The translations under genes and the position numbers were made by a program. From NCBI GenBank assembly GCA_051294375.1, contig CM119268.1:1346213-1410212 (forward strand): a stretch of DNA of 64,000 nucleotides. Direction: 5' to 3'. This DNA comes from Paraspadella gotoi. Its lineage: Eukaryota > Animalia > Chaetognatha. Below are positions 23,000 to 37,731 of the stretch, piece by piece. How positions within the stretch are numbered: position 1 is the stretch's first letter; every line of letters begins with the position of its first letter. The notes under the pieces are model-generated. The model was not told the origin of the DNA and did not search any database. It was given only the letters and a program-made list of their open reading frames with translations.

Positions 23000-24342
23000 C
23001 TCCCGATTGGCCGAAAATAATTAGTTAGGATTGTTATACGTTTACGACCGTCGTTGATTACTTTCTGCTCGAAAGAATTTCTCCTCTTTAAAAAAAGTTC
23101 AAAATCGAATTTCGAATCGAGTCACGGACGGCACAGTGGCTTAACTCAAAAAAGTGTTAAGAGACTGGCAGCCTTGACACAGTGATTCTATGAGAAAACA
23201 AAGAGGACAAGCAGATAGTTTTGATCCCCAGAATGGCGTTGTGGTCCGGGAAGAGTGGAGTTTTGTGGATAAGGCGCTAAGTGGGCTGAGAATGACTATC
23301 CGTCGTAACATATGGGAACGGGTCTTGGGCTTGGAACCAGGCTTGAGTTCGCCACACAACCAAGGCGGCTTTACGGCCGTCTCACGCTTCCCGCGGGTAG
23401 GTACCGGGTTGGGATTAAACCCGGTACCTAGTGTCATGAGGCTGATGGCTTTACTCAATGAGCCACCGGGTCACAACTGAAAGTGTCATGCTTATAGGCG
23501 GGGTGAACCTAGGCAATGCACGACTACAGTTAACCTTGAGGTCTTTTATACAAGTTTTCTCTGTGGGAGGTGTGTAACTGAAATTTGAGACGATCTGACT
23601 TTGCCTAGAAACGCCTGGCACAGTGTTTCAAAGACGCGCTTGGTACCAGTGAGTCAGCGCCCAGGATGACCTCACCGCCAGTTTGCTCAAATTTTTAAAA
23701 AAGGGAAAAAAAAGGAAATGGTTTAAAAAAACAAGAAATGGTAAATTAAGTGTTGCCTGGATTGGATCACATTTCCAGATATTATGTCATTTCAAAAAAA
23801 ATATATATAGTATCTTACAGATGGTCATTTACATATAAATATATTAACTCAAATAATAAAAATATATGTTAAAATATACTACATTACCTTTTTCTTATTA
23901 TGACTCTATTTTAAAGGATTAAATTATATCAAAATATAATATCAGACTAAAAGAGGGACGGACCGACTCATGACTTAAAAGAGTTGCTCCGTGTGTACGC
24001 AACTAAAAAGCATGATCGAGGATTTTTTTAAAATTAAAACGGATATAATTTCACCTGAGGTCGTCATTCAACAAAGTTCATTCAATGGGAATCTGAAAAT
24101 GTAATTACTGGCAATTATTTCAGCCGCCGAATCATTTTCTTTGCTTAAATTCACGCTTTATTTATCTTTTTTTTAAACTTGGACTTATTGCCGAGTACTA
24201 CTTTAAAACTGTGAATAATCAATGTGGTTGGGTTTCTTGATAAATCGTAAATTGGTTAAAACCGCCCGTTAATTCGCTATTTCTCCGGGCAGATTAATCT
24301 GAGTTGTACAGCGTTTAATTTCTTCTCTCTCTCTCTCTCTCG

Positions 24343-24403
<61 letters not shown>

Positions 24404-24567
24404 AACATATTTTTAATTTCTCCTTTATCAATTAATATATGTGTCTTAAGAAGTTAAAGTTAATATATACAAAGCTCGGCGACTATAATTTTTCGTTTCA
24501 TGAAAGTTTTTTTTTTTTAAAAAGGGGCGATTTGAAATAGAAAAAACCTTGCGAGCGAGCGTCTCTC

Positions 24568-24615
<48 letters not shown>

Positions 24616-24933
24616 GCGCTTCCTCCTTCTTTTCTCAAGGTATCAAAAAGACAAATGAGATGAGAGTAAAGAGAAAAGACGGCCAACAGGAACCTGGTAA
24701 GAAGGATGAGGAGGAGGAGGAGGAGGAGGGAAGAGGAGGGGGAGCTTTGGGGGAATGAGGGAGAAGGAGGATGTAGGGAGGAGTAGGAGGAGGAGGAGGA
24801 GCAGTGATGGAGGAGGAGGAGGAGCAGTGATGGTGGAGTGCGTAAATTAGACTGTGAAGCGTGAACAATGCTGAGGAGAATGAGGAGGAAGGGGAAGTTG
24901 AGAGGAGATATAAATTCAGGCGTGTGGGAGGGA

Positions 24934-24976
<43 letters not shown>

Positions 24977-25174
24977 CGCATCACCTCACATGCGACCAAA
25001 ACGGAAGATTCAAAACGGGACGGGGACCCGAGATAAAAAATTTAAAAAAACGAAAGGAGAATTTTAAAAAAATATTAAAAAACAAAATTAAAAAAAAAAA
25101 ACAAAAGAGAAAATAGAACGTCAAGAGTTTAAAGGAAAAGAGAAGACGATGAATGCGAAGAAGGAAATGAGAAA

Positions 25175-25205
<31 letters not shown>

Positions 25206-27504
25206 TAGGGGGGAGGGAGAAAGAGGGATGGTGGGACCGGACCAGGACGTAATCTTCGGGTGGAAGGAGGAAAGAAAAGAAGATCAAGAGGGGAAAAAAG
25301 GCGGCGCATGTAGCTTGTCCGCCGGTGAATTATGGTCGTCCTCCTTTGCATCGTCGTCGTCGTCGTCGTCTTTTTCGTCTTCCTCGTCTTCGTCTTCGTT
25401 CAATTCGTCGTCTTCTTTATCGTCTTCGTTTTCTTCGTCGTCTTTTTTTGTCTTCGCCTTCTTCGTCGTATTTTTTTCGTGGTTTTCTTCGTCTTTGTCG
25501 TCGTCTTTTCCGTATTCGTCGTCGTCATCTTTTTCTTTGTCTTCGTCATCGTCTTCTTTTTCTTCGTCGTCATCGTCTTCTTCGTTGTCGTCGGCCTCGT
25601 TTCGTTGAAGAGAAATGGTTTCAACGATGACTATGTTGTAATCGTTTTTCCCCCGTCGTCGTCGTCGTCGTCGTCGTCCTCGTCGTCGTCGTCTTCGTCG
25701 TCTTCGTCGTCGTAGTCGTCGTCGTCGTCGACTTTGTTGCCGAGGGCGACATTTTCTTTCGTTGTAACATTTACCGTCACCGAGGCTTAAACATCTTTGT
25801 CTTCTTCCCCTTACTCCCTTCTCGAACGCCATATTAGGCCTGAACGTCACCGATATCTTCATCATCATCCTCTTTTTTTCGTCGTCGTCGTCGTCGTCGT
25901 CGTCGTCCTCGTCGTCGTAAACAACATTAGTCAAGGTTATTCGCGAAATTTGAATAAATTAGCTTTTAAAATTCAGGAGGAAGTTACTCCTTTTATAGAA
26001 TCGGTCATAACATTCTTGGCAAACAGACATCCCGGGATTAACTCTCTTCGGGGTTTTTTTTTCTTCAGTTTATCGTTAATTCGTTAAAACTTGATAATAA
26101 TTTTAAATTTTAATGATAGGTTTAATCGGTTAATTCGGTTAATTCGGTTAATTCGGTTAATGGCTGGTTAAAGAAAAAAATGTTTCCTACGCGCGAAAAT
26201 CGATTTTATCCCGGAAGGAAAGTTCACCTTTTTTGTTACCTTTCCTCACCTTTGTCCCTCTCTCTCTCTAAAGAGAGGAAAAGAAGAAGGAGGAAAGAAC
26301 GAAAAAGAGACGAAACAGGGAAGAGGAGAAGAGAGTGATGAGAGAGAGAGAGAGACGAGATAGACGAGAGAGAGCAGAGAGAGAGACGAGAGAGAGAGAG
26401 AGAGGAGAGTACACAAGGTGAGGAAATGGTAAACAAAAAAGTGTGACTTTACCTTCCGGGCATAAAATCGATTTTCGGACGCGTAGGAAACAATTTTTTT
26501 TCTTTAAGCCATACCATTAACGAATTAACCTGAATTAACCGAATTAACGAATTTAAACCATTAACTCATTAAAATTTAAAATTATTATCAAAGTTTTAAC
26601 GAATTAACATAAACTGCGAAGAAAAAAAATCCCCGAAGAAGAGTTAATCCGGGATTCTTGTTTTGCCAAAGAATGTTATGACCGATTCTTCTATAAAGGA
26701 GTAACTTCCTCCTGAATTTAAAACTAATTTAATTCAAAATTTCCGCGAATAACCTTGACTGAATGTTGTTTACGAAACGACGAGGACCGACGACGACGAC
26801 GACGACGACGACGAAAAAAAGATGAGTATGAGATCAATCGGTGATCGTTCGCGGCCATAATATGGCGTTCCGAGAAGGAGTAAGGGAGAAGAGACAAAGA
26901 TGTTTAAAGCTCCGGTGACGGTAAATGTGTTACAACGAAAGAAATGTCGCCCTCGGAACAAAGTCGACCGACGACGACATACGACGACGAAGACACGAAC
27001 GACGACCGACGAGCGACGCGGCACGACGACGACGACGACGACGGGACGGTGGAAAACGATTACAAACATAGTTCATCGTTGAAACCATTTTCTCTTCAAC
27101 GAAACGAGGGCCGACGACAACGAGAAGACGATGACGACGAAGAAAAGAAGACGATGACGAAGACAAAGAAAAAGATGACGACGACGAATACGCGAAAAGA
27201 CGACGAGAAGACGAAGAAAACCACGAAAAAAATACGACAAGAACAAAAAAAGAACGACGAAGAAAACGAAGACGATAAAGAAACGACGAATTGAACGCGA
27301 CGACGAAGACGAGGAAGACAAAAAGACGCGACGACGACGAGAGATGCAAAGAGCGACGACCAAATTCACCCGGCGGGACAAGCTAACATGCGCCGCCTTT
27401 TTCCTCCTCTTGCATCTTCTTTTACTTTCCCTCCTTCCAACCCGAATAATTACGTCCTGGTTCGGTTGCCCATTCTCCTTCTCTTCTTCCTCCTTCCTCT
27501 CCCA

Positions 27505-27535
<31 letters not shown>

Positions 27536-28430
27536 CTTTTCATTTCCTTCTTCGCATTTCATCGTCTTCATCTTTTCCTTAAACTCTTGACGTTCTCATT
27601 TTCTCTTTTGTATTTGCTTTTTCTAATTTTGTTTTTTAATAATTTTTTTAAAATTCTCTCCTTTCGGTTTTTTTAAATTTCCTCTATCTCGGCGTCCCCA
27701 TCCCGTTTATGGAATCTCCGTTTTGGTCACGCAATGTGAGGCATAAGCCCATGCCGTAATCTACATCGTACTCTCTCTCTCCTCTCTCCTCTCTCCTGTC
27801 TCCCTCTCTCACTCCCACAGCACGCCTCGAATATTTATATCTCTCCTCCCTCAACTTCCCAACTTCTCGCTCATGTCTCTCAGCCATGTTTCACGCTTCA
27901 CGCAGTCTAATTCATACACTCCACCAACGCACAGCTCCTACCTCAACTCCTCACATCACTCGCTACCCTCCATCCATCCCATAGCTACCTGTCTCCTCTC
28001 CTACATCCCTCCTTCCTCCTCATTCCCCCAAAGCTCCCCCCTCCTCTTCCCTCCTCCTACCTCCTCCCCTCATCCTTTCCTTACCAGGTTCCTGTTGGCC
28101 GTCTTTTCTCTTTACTCTCATCCAATTTGTTCTTTTTGATCACGCTTGAGAAAAGAAGGAGTGAAAGCGCAGCGAGAGAGAGAGACGAGAGAGAGAGAGA
28201 GAGACCAATATACACGGAGCATACGCATCCTAAGAGGCAGGCAATCGTGCCCCTAACGCTACCTCGTCAACCCGTCGATTCTTTTTCTATATTCATCAAA
28301 ATGCCCATTTTTAAAAAAAAAAAAACTTCATGAAAACGGAAAAATTAATCCAGTCGGCCGAGCTTTTGTATATATTAACTTTAACTTTAAGACAATAATA
28401 TTAATTGATAAAGGAGAAATTAAATATGTT

Positions 28431-28516
<86 letters not shown>

Positions 28517-29877
28517 GAGAGAAATTAACGCTGTACAACCTCCAATTAATCTGCCTCGGAGAATAGCGAAATTAACGGGCGGTTTTTAACCGAATTTACG
28601 ATTTATCAAGAACCCTAACCCATGATTATTCACAGTTTTAAAGTAGTACTCGGCAATAAGTCCAAGTTTAAAAAGATAAATAAAGCCGTGAATTTAGCAA
28701 AAGAAAATGATTCGCGCTGAAATAATTGCCAGTAATTACATTTTCAGATTCCCATTGAATGAACTTTGTTGAATGACGACCTCAGGTGAAATTATATCCG
28801 TTTTAATTTTAAAAATCCTCGATCAGCTTTTTAGTTGCGTTACACACGGAGCAACTTCTTTTAAGTCATGAGTCGGTTCCGTCCCTCTTTTAGTCTGTAT
28901 TATTTTGATATAATTTAATCCCTTTAAAATAGAGTCATAATAAGAAAAAGGTAATGTAGTATATTTTAACATATATTTTTATTATTTGAGTTAATATTTT
29001 ATATGTAAAATGACGGCATCTGTAGAACTATATATATTTTTTTTGAAATGACATAAGTATCTGGAATAATGTTGATCAATCGCAGGCAACACTTAATTTA
29101 CGCATTTCTTGTTTTTCTTAAAACCACTTTCCTTTTTTTTCCCTTTTTTAAAAATTTTTGAGCAAAAACTGGCGGTGAGGTCATCCTGGGCGCTGATCAC
29201 TGGTACCATAGCGCGTCTTTGAAACAACTGTGGCCAGGCGTTTTCTAGGCAAAGTCAGATCGTTCAAATTTCAGTTACACACCTCCTCACAGAGAAAACT
29301 TGTATAAATAGACCTCAGAGGTTATACTGTAGTCGTGCATTGCCTGGTTCACCCCGCTATAAGCATGACACTTTCAGTTGTGACCCGGTGGCTCATTGAG
29401 TAAAGCCATCAGCTCATGACACTAGGTACCGGGTTTAATCCCAACCCGGTACCTACCCCAGCGGGAAGCGTGAGACGGCCGTAAGCCGCCTTGGTTGTGT
29501 GGCGAACATCAAGCCTTGGTGTCCAAGCCCAAGACCCGTTCCCATATGTTTACGACGGATAGTCATTCTCAGCCCACTTAGCGCCTTATCCACAAAACTC
29601 CACTCTTCCCGGACCACCAACGCCATTCTGGGGATCAAAACTATCTGCTTGTCCATCTTTGTTCTCATAGAATCACTGTGTCAAGGCTGCCAGTCTCTTA
29701 ACAGACTTTTTTTTGAGTTAAGCCACTGTGCGTCCGTGCTCGATTTCGAAATTCGATTTTTGAAACTTTTTTTTTAAAGAGAGAAATTCTTTCGCAGCAG
29801 AAAGTATCAACGACGGTCCGTAAACAGTATAACAATCCTAACTAATTAATTTTCGGCCAATCGGGAACGACGAAGAG

Positions 29878-29927
<50 letters not shown>

Positions 29928-30837
29928 GAGAAGAGAGATATTAGTTCGTTTATCATCATTGTTGTTTTTAACGTCTGTTTTTTTTTGGTTTTTAGCTAGA
30001 TTCCCTTACAATGGAGGTCGGTTTCGCACCATGTGATTCTTCTCCTCCAAGGAGAGAGAGAAGAGAGAGAGAGGGAGCGAGAGAGAGAGAGAGGAGGAGA
30101 GAGAGAGAGAGAGGGTCATCGCAAACATGTAATTCTCCTTATTATTTTTTTTTACTTATTAATTATATAATATTATTTTAGGGTTCGTTTCTCCTCTCCG
30201 GTTCCCCTCCTCCTCTCTTATTTCATTTCTTTCCTTCCTGCTTTTCTAATAAATTCAACATTAATCGTTTTTTCTTCCAAATTTTTATTTTTATCTCAGT
30301 TTTCCCTTATTTTCCTTTCTTTCTTTTCTTTTTTTTATCATTTTCCTTTATTTTCCTCCTACTTCTTCCCTTCGTCTTATCCAAAACTCTGCTCCCCCTG
30401 TTTTTCGCGGCCCTGGTTCCTACCACTTTCTCCGTTCTTTCCTTGTACAACAAAATCACGTGTTCTCTTTTTTTTTTTTTTCCTTTCGCTCTCTTTTTTT
30501 TCTTATCTGCTTTTGTGATCCCTGGGTAAAGATAGCTTGGGTACTGAAACACGTGGATGTACGCTCTCTCGTCTCGCTCTCCTCTCTCCTCTTCTTCTCT
30601 TCTCTCTCTCCCTCCTCTCTCCTTCTCTCTCTCTCTCTCTCTCTCTCTCTTGCTCTCTCTCTCTCTCTCCTCTCTAGAACGGCCGGCTCACTTTTTACAC
30701 AATAACTCAATACAGACAGTAAGAAAAATTATCAGCCTCAAGAAATTCCCTCTCTCTCATCTTTTTATTATTTAACGTTTCATTCGCGGGTTTTTCCTTC
30801 TTACTCTCCTCTCTCTCTCTCTCTCTCCTCTCTCCTC

Positions 30838-30888
<51 letters not shown>

Positions 30889-32494
30889 GGACTCTTCATT
30901 ATTTCATAGAGAGAATCTTCTCCAACTTCTCGACTCAAAAAAAAAAAAAAACTTTCATCCAGACGAATTTTTTGTTTTCTTTTTTTTTTCTTTCTTCTTT
31001 TTTTTAGGAGTTTGGCCGAAAACCGGGACTTTGACCGCCTCGTTGGGCTCGTCAAGGGGGGAAGGGCAAAGCCGGGCAGATATGGGGGGGGGCAAAGGGG
31101 GGCGGAGGGGTGTGTAAAGCGCGGCAGAGGGCGGATGGGGGGGGGGGGAGAGTCAGGCTCGATCTCTGGTTAAAAAAAAACATCTTTGTCATCGATAAAG
31201 TTCCGTTACTGAATTCCTTCCTTGTAAGGTTTTTTTTTTTAAAGTTAACACAATAACCATTTTTACCAAATTTAACGAACGTTTTCCGCCTGGAATTACT
31301 TAATAATCCTTAGTAAGGATTAATTTCAACTGAACAACTTATTTCAAGCATTACACATCCCTGTTGCGTCATCGACGTCGTTCCGTCATCGTGCGTCGTT
31401 CCTCGTCCTCATTTGACCTCCCAATTTCACTCATCGATGCTGAATGAATTGTTGATTGATTGATTGGATTGAAGATTGATCAAGTATTCGTTCTCGCGGG
31501 TCGGGACTAGAAAAATAAATCCGAACTCGGGGACATAAATCCGATAAATCTTTCATTCCTTTCTCCCTATTTGATTGTACACCGGGATTTGAACTTTAAT
31601 TCTGTAGTTTTTTCCTTTTTTCCTTAGTCAACCAGTTACTAAATTTCCTGTTGAGAATGTAATCTGCATGATCACCGTTTCAATCATTTCCACTGTCTTC
31701 GGTTCACTTCATCTCACTGTCTTTAGTTTCACCTCATCCACTGTCTCAGTTCAACTTCATCTCACTGTCTTCCGTTCCTTCAATCTCACTGTCTCAGTTC
31801 ACTTCATCAAACTGTCTTCAGTTCACTTCATCTACTGGTCTTCAAAGTTACCTCAATCTCACTGTTTCAGATTCAAACCTTCTTTCACTGTCTTCAGTTC
31901 ACCCTCATCCGGACTGTCCTTCAGTTCAACTTCATCTCTTGTCTTCAAAGTTCACCTCATCATGTCTTCAGTTTTCACCTCATCTCACTGTCTTCAAGTT
32001 TCACCTGCATCTCACACTGTCTTCAGTTCACCTCATCTCACTGTCTCATTCACGCCCATCTCACTGTCTTCAGGTTTCACTTCATCTCACTGGTCTTCAT
32101 TTATCGCTCATCTTCATCGATATTTTTATTTTTTTTCGAAACTCAAAATCAGACGGAAATCGACTTTTTCAGCTTCGAATAAATTTTTTTTCTCATCCAG
32201 ATTTAAACGCGGATAAATTCTCGAAAATATATTTTTGAACTAAATCTTTGTTTAGGATTATCGCAATCTTTGCCCATGATAATTTAGCAAAATCTGCCCG
32301 ACGCAACTTCAAACGTCGTAAAAAAAAAAAATCAACATATCGAAAGATGTGAAACATCTGCCGTTCACCTGCCGTTCACTTCCATTCTTTCAGACAATTT
32401 TCAAAACGTCAAATCATTAAAATTTCAACCTCAAATCATTCTAAAGAAATTTTATGTCTAATAATTAATTTATTTCCATCTTTTATTTTCTACC
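20364..32494. repeat. ~12 kb palindrome (arms ~5.9 kb, centre ~26260-26410)
   Basis: 26410-32494 is the reverse complement of 20364-26260, ending ...TTTTCTACC at a 25-N gap (32495-32519). Confidence 0.92.
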
Positions 32495-32519
32495 NNNNNN
32501 NNNNNNNNNNNNNNNNNNN

Positions 32520-33197
32520 AAATCTAAGCAGCTAAGAGTGAATCTTCAAAGTGTGCAGCTCGGCTATCGGCAAAGCATTGCATCTAATGCATATTTCGCC
32601 AGACGGTTAAGCAGCAACCAAATCATATACCGGTCATGGTGTTTGAGTCTGCACATCTCTTCCCCGGTGTCAGTCACAAGTTAATCTTCATTTTCGGGAT
32701 GCGCCTAGATTGGCGCCAACATACAGTAGAAAATTCTGGAGGATGGTGAAGATAAAGAATTCGTCCGAGGTGGAGTTTTTTATTGCGAAGACAACCGCTC
32801 CCTCTCCCGCATAGAGCCAAGAGGACAAAGAGAGCTGGCATCGCCGACAAATACGGGTTAAACTTCTACCTGACTGGCCTGGGAACTCTCGGATCTCAAT
32901 CCTGATCAAAAATGTGTGGTCAGAGATGAAAAATCGACTGAGAAACGCGACACGTCCAACATCTCTGCAAAGCCAAGAAACGTACTATCAAAAATTTTGG
33001 GATAACCTCTCCTTGGAATACCTGCAGTCGTCTATGAGTCATGCACCGAACAGAATCTAAATGAAGTTGTGTAGAGCAAGGGAGTTCACACTACATATTG
33101 CATACCCATTTTTTTCTGCTCTATATTTAAATTTTATATACAATTAACTAACTTTAAAAATTTGGCGACTTATTTCATTTTTCCAAACCGATGGTAG
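32520..33197 (+). mobile_element. Error-rich mirror copy of the Tc1-like element with one TIR
   Basis: GACTGGCCTGGGAACTCT..GATCTCAATCC and TTTGGCGACTTATT...ATGGTAG; part of the inverted duplication. Confidence 0.85.
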
Positions 33198-35373
33198 TAA
33201 ACAAGGATAATAATGAATGCGGGCCCGCGTGACCGGAGTCGGCCGTCATAATAACGTAACGTTAGGGCTTAACGACATCTATCTTCGCTCTCATTTTTAG
33301 ATCGACCCCCTTTTTCGTCTTTCCTCCACATCAAATCGTTAGGCTCATCGGAAATTAAAATAACAAACAACCACAACAACAACAACAACAACGCACGAGA
33401 TAAACAAGAGCAACTCCTACGGGGCAGGGGCCCAAATTTACAAGAGCACCTGATTATTAATGGACAAGTACGACAACTATATAATAGGCGCGAACAAGGT
33501 TGAAAACTAGACAAGTTCTCTCAATATAGATTAATGTGAACTGCGACTGTGAGAGAATATGAACAAATCGATAGATAAATTCTTTACTTAATCAATGCGC
33601 ACGGAGCATTAAAAATTATTTTATTACTATATTAAAGTTTAATTGATTCGTTGCACAAGAGCTTTAAAGAGTTAGATATGAAGGTTTACTTATCTACCAA
33701 CTTTTAAGATAATTTTCAAGAGCAATTGATCCTAGAATGCACAAGGACGGATCTCGCTACTATAGTCAACTTCGTCAAGTTTAATTTATTGCCAACTGAA
33801 GATTGGGCGATTTAACATTTGTCTGGATCTTAAACATCGGCGGATGACTAATGTACTTCGAAGTTAATAAAATTAAAATAAAAATTGAAACCGTAACTAA
33901 AACAGCAACAATGCCCACAGTCACAGTAAATATTTTTACCTCAGTAAAATGCAACATTGAAAGTTCTCTGAGCGGAACGCAACGTCAGAACACGAGACGT
34001 TTTATCGAGCAAACGAATCTTTTGCTGCAGGAGAATAAAGACGACATATATGCAGTGGGGAGACGCCACGACACGACGACGACTTTACGACGACGATCGA
34101 CGACGACGACGACGCCGACGACGACGACGCGACGTCGCATTAAAACTAAAACCTGAGAATTAAAACCGCAGTTGCTTCTGCGCAAAGAACGTATTCTCTC
34201 TCTCGCAGCGACTGGGTTCTCCATCAATTCGACACAGACAGCACAGAAGAAGGAAAGGAAAGGAGAAAAGGAGAGCGGAAAGAGAAGGTGAGGGGAAGGA
34301 TAAATGAGCAAATATTGGAGAAAGGGAGTCGGAATAGAGAACGTGAGAACAATGGAAAATATCAAAAAAGAAGAGCTAAAGAAAGGAAAAGAGTAGGAAA
34401 GAAAGAAAGGAGAGAGAAAAGAATAGGAACGGGAAAGAAAATAAAGAAGAAGAAAAGAATAGTAATGGAAAAGACAGGCGAACAACTAAAAAAAATAAGC
34501 TAAAACGAAAGTGAGTGGAGAAATAAAAGTAAAAAAAGAAAATAATAAATATATATATAATAAGAAAAGAAAAGGAGAATATTAAAGAAAGAAATGAGAA
34601 AAAGACATAACAACTAGAAGGAAATGACAAGAAATTTAGGGCAAACAAGTAAAGATATAAAAAGGCCAATAACGAAAAGGAAAGGATGAAAGAAAGGCAA
34701 AAGATAATTTTTAAAGAGAGAAAAGAAAGCAAAGTCAACACAGAATAAGAAAAGAAATAAGTATGATATATTTATCAGAAAAAAAAAGTACAATTGAGCA
34801 AAAAATAGGAAAATATAAAAAAGAAGGAAACAGCCAGAATAAACGGGAGGGATGAATAAGAAAAAGCGGATGAACAGTATATAAAATAAAAAGAAAAAAA
34901 AAATCAAAGAAGGGAAATTCAAATGTGTTGCGCCGGCAGTGACTTTCCTTAGCTCGTATTTTATTCTTTCATATTTATACATCTATGCGCTATCACATAA
35001 TAAGGTTTTTCTTCGTTAACAAATGAAGCAACCGACCTAAAGAGGCGACCGTTGTGCAGCATCTTTAACTGTACAGACCGACAGCACTGGAAAAAACATT
35101 GACTTCACCGCTGAAACTTTTAACGACCACGACGATGAAGAGAACCACGACGAGGAAACCACAACGTATCGACGACTCATCTATATCATCACGACGCACA
35201 ACCGACGACGACCACAACAAACGTTCCATTTGAAGAAACTATAATCAAAGTAGAAGTGCTTCAAGAGGAAAAAAAAGGAATGAATTCTGATTCTGTTTTT
35301 ACTCCCAAAAAACTAAAAATTTCCATTATACATCATCACTCACTCCCTTATCATCGGGATCATCTATCCATTC

Positions 35374-35405
<32 letters not shown>

Positions 35406-36810
35406 CTCATCATCATCATCATCCGTCTCGTCGTCCTACCACATCATCTCGTATCGAAGCTTAAACTTTAAAATATAGATGATTGATGATGATGAATGTC
35501 TAAAATAATCATCATACTATCTGTCGTCGTCGTCGTCGTCGTCGTCGTCGACATCCATAACAACAACAACAACAAATCAACAGGGATATCTCAGCTCTCT
35601 ATCTCTAACCATTCAAAGCCTACGGACACAACAACAACAGCATACAATATCTAAACAACAACTACAAAACAACAAATCATCATCCAACTAAACCTCCGCT
35701 ATCGAATCAATCTGAGTAATAAAATCTATAAAGGAAAGGAGAGAAAAGGATTGTCAGCTGCACTATCTTTTGGTTTGACAACTCATCTCCTAATCTAACC
35801 TAAGACAACCAAGACCAACGACAAACAACAAAAAAACAAAGAAACAACGACGACAACGACAACAACGACAACAATGGGCGAGAAGAATTTTTTGAAAAGA
35901 TAATTCTCTGATCTTCGTAATCGCTATCCACAACAGCATCCTACTACAATCATCATCATTCATCATATCATCATCATCATTCATCATCGTCGTCGTCGTG
36001 CCGCCAATCGTAGGCAGTAATCATAACAAACGAGCAAACTTCGAAGGTTTCGGTCTCATTTCATCGACGTTCGGTCGTCGTCGTCGTCGTTCGTCACGTC
36101 GTCCGTCGTCGTCGTCCCGACACATCCCCTCGGACGTCGTTGTCGACATCTTCTCGTGTTTATCGTCGCCTTCGTTCAGTCTCGCCCGTCGTTGTCGCCT
36201 GTTCGTTTTTAGTTCTTTCATGTCGCCTGTTTGTTTTTAGTCTTCATCCGCCTGTTCGTTTTAGCTTATCCGCCGTCCGTTACGTCTTCATCGTCGCCTA
36301 GATCGTTTTAAGTCTTCATCGTCACCTTTTTATTAGTCTTCATCGTCGCCTGTTTGTAGTCTTTGTCCGTCGCGCCTTTAGTCTTATCGCGGCCTGTGTC
36401 CACTCCTGTTTGTTTTAGTCTTTGTCGTCGCCTGTTCTTCGTCGCCTTTCATTCTGTCGTCCTGTCTCTATGTCCTATTCTTAAAGTTCCGTTATTAAAA
36501 GCTACAGTGCATCGTAGATGCATCGTCGTTCGTCATCATTCCTCTTTTTCTTATTCTTCGAATTTCATCTTTTTTGGATATTTGTCGACTTTCGTTTCTC
36601 GCGCATGAGTTTCGTCTCTCAATCTCCAAATTCCCCGTCTAGATCAGCCAATCAAAACTCGAGCGCCAATCAATCGAGCACATTTCGAAATCGAAACCAT
36701 CAAACATCGACCAATGAAAACAACTGCTTATTTTCCCCGCAATTAATTAATTTGGACTAATTGCCGTCTCCTCTTCTCTCTCTCCTCACTCTCTCGTCTT
36801 CTCTCTCTCT

Positions 36811-36846
<36 letters not shown>

Positions 36847-37656
36847 TCTCTCTCTCTCTCTCTCTCATCTCTTGGATTGTTTATCACTTTTGATAAAGTC
36901 TTCCCTTCTTTGCTCCACCGAAGTAAACTTTTACCTTTTCAATCTGCTTCTACTATTTCTATTCGCTCCTCAACTCACTGCTCCCTGTCTCCTTACACTA
37001 AAATCACTCAAACCACCAACTTTATTCCTCCCACTTCTTCATTCTCTCACTGGATCACTACCACTCCTTAACTCACTTCACTCTTCACTCCATTTCCTCA
37101 CGCTCTCACCCATTCACGTCTCCCTTCTGTTCACTGTGGCTATTGTCTTCGATTACGTATCCGTAGATTTATCTCACGATTCACAATCGATAGAGTCCCT
37201 CCGCCATCCAGGCTGTAAATCCCCTTCTATAAATTCCCCTTCTATAAATTCTCCGCGCTCTATAATCCCCGTCTGTAAATCCCCGTCTGTAAATCCTTGC
37301 TATTCCCTTTTCCTCCCTCATTCTTCACTCATCTCCTTCTTGCCCTCCATCCCTCCCGGTCCAACTATGCTTTCCCTCTCTATCTCTCACTTCGGCTCAA
37401 TGCTTGCTTTCCCCTCTCTATCTCTCACTTCGGCTCATATCTTGCCTTTCCCTCTCTATCTCTCATCTCGGCTCAATGCTTGCTTTTCCCCTCTCTATCC
37501 CTCACTCGGCTCACATGCTTGCTTTTGCGATATCCCATACGTGACTCCTGATCTCTCCGCTTGCCTCTTCTTCTTTTATTTTTTCTATACTTATTTTTCC
37601 TCTTTGCTATATCACCACTTCTCTCTCTCTGTCTCTTCCTTCTCTGTCTCTTCTCT

Positions 37657-37731
<75 letters not shown>

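Larger units (their letters stand above)
11969..25110 (+). repeat. Three direct copies of a ~4.6 kb unit (11969-15672 gapped, 15698-20338, 20364-~25090); probable assembly redundancy
   Basis: Copies 2 and 3 both start at GGTAGAAAATAAAAGATGGA right after 25-N gaps (15673-15697, 20339-20363); differences are mostly indels. Confidence 0.9.

Noticed and set aside
25284-25934. Acidic Asp/Glu-rich 216-aa ORF
   Set aside because: Built from (GAC)n-type repeats that are open in several frames on both strands; no ATG start, splice support or domain; frame not kept in mirror copy.
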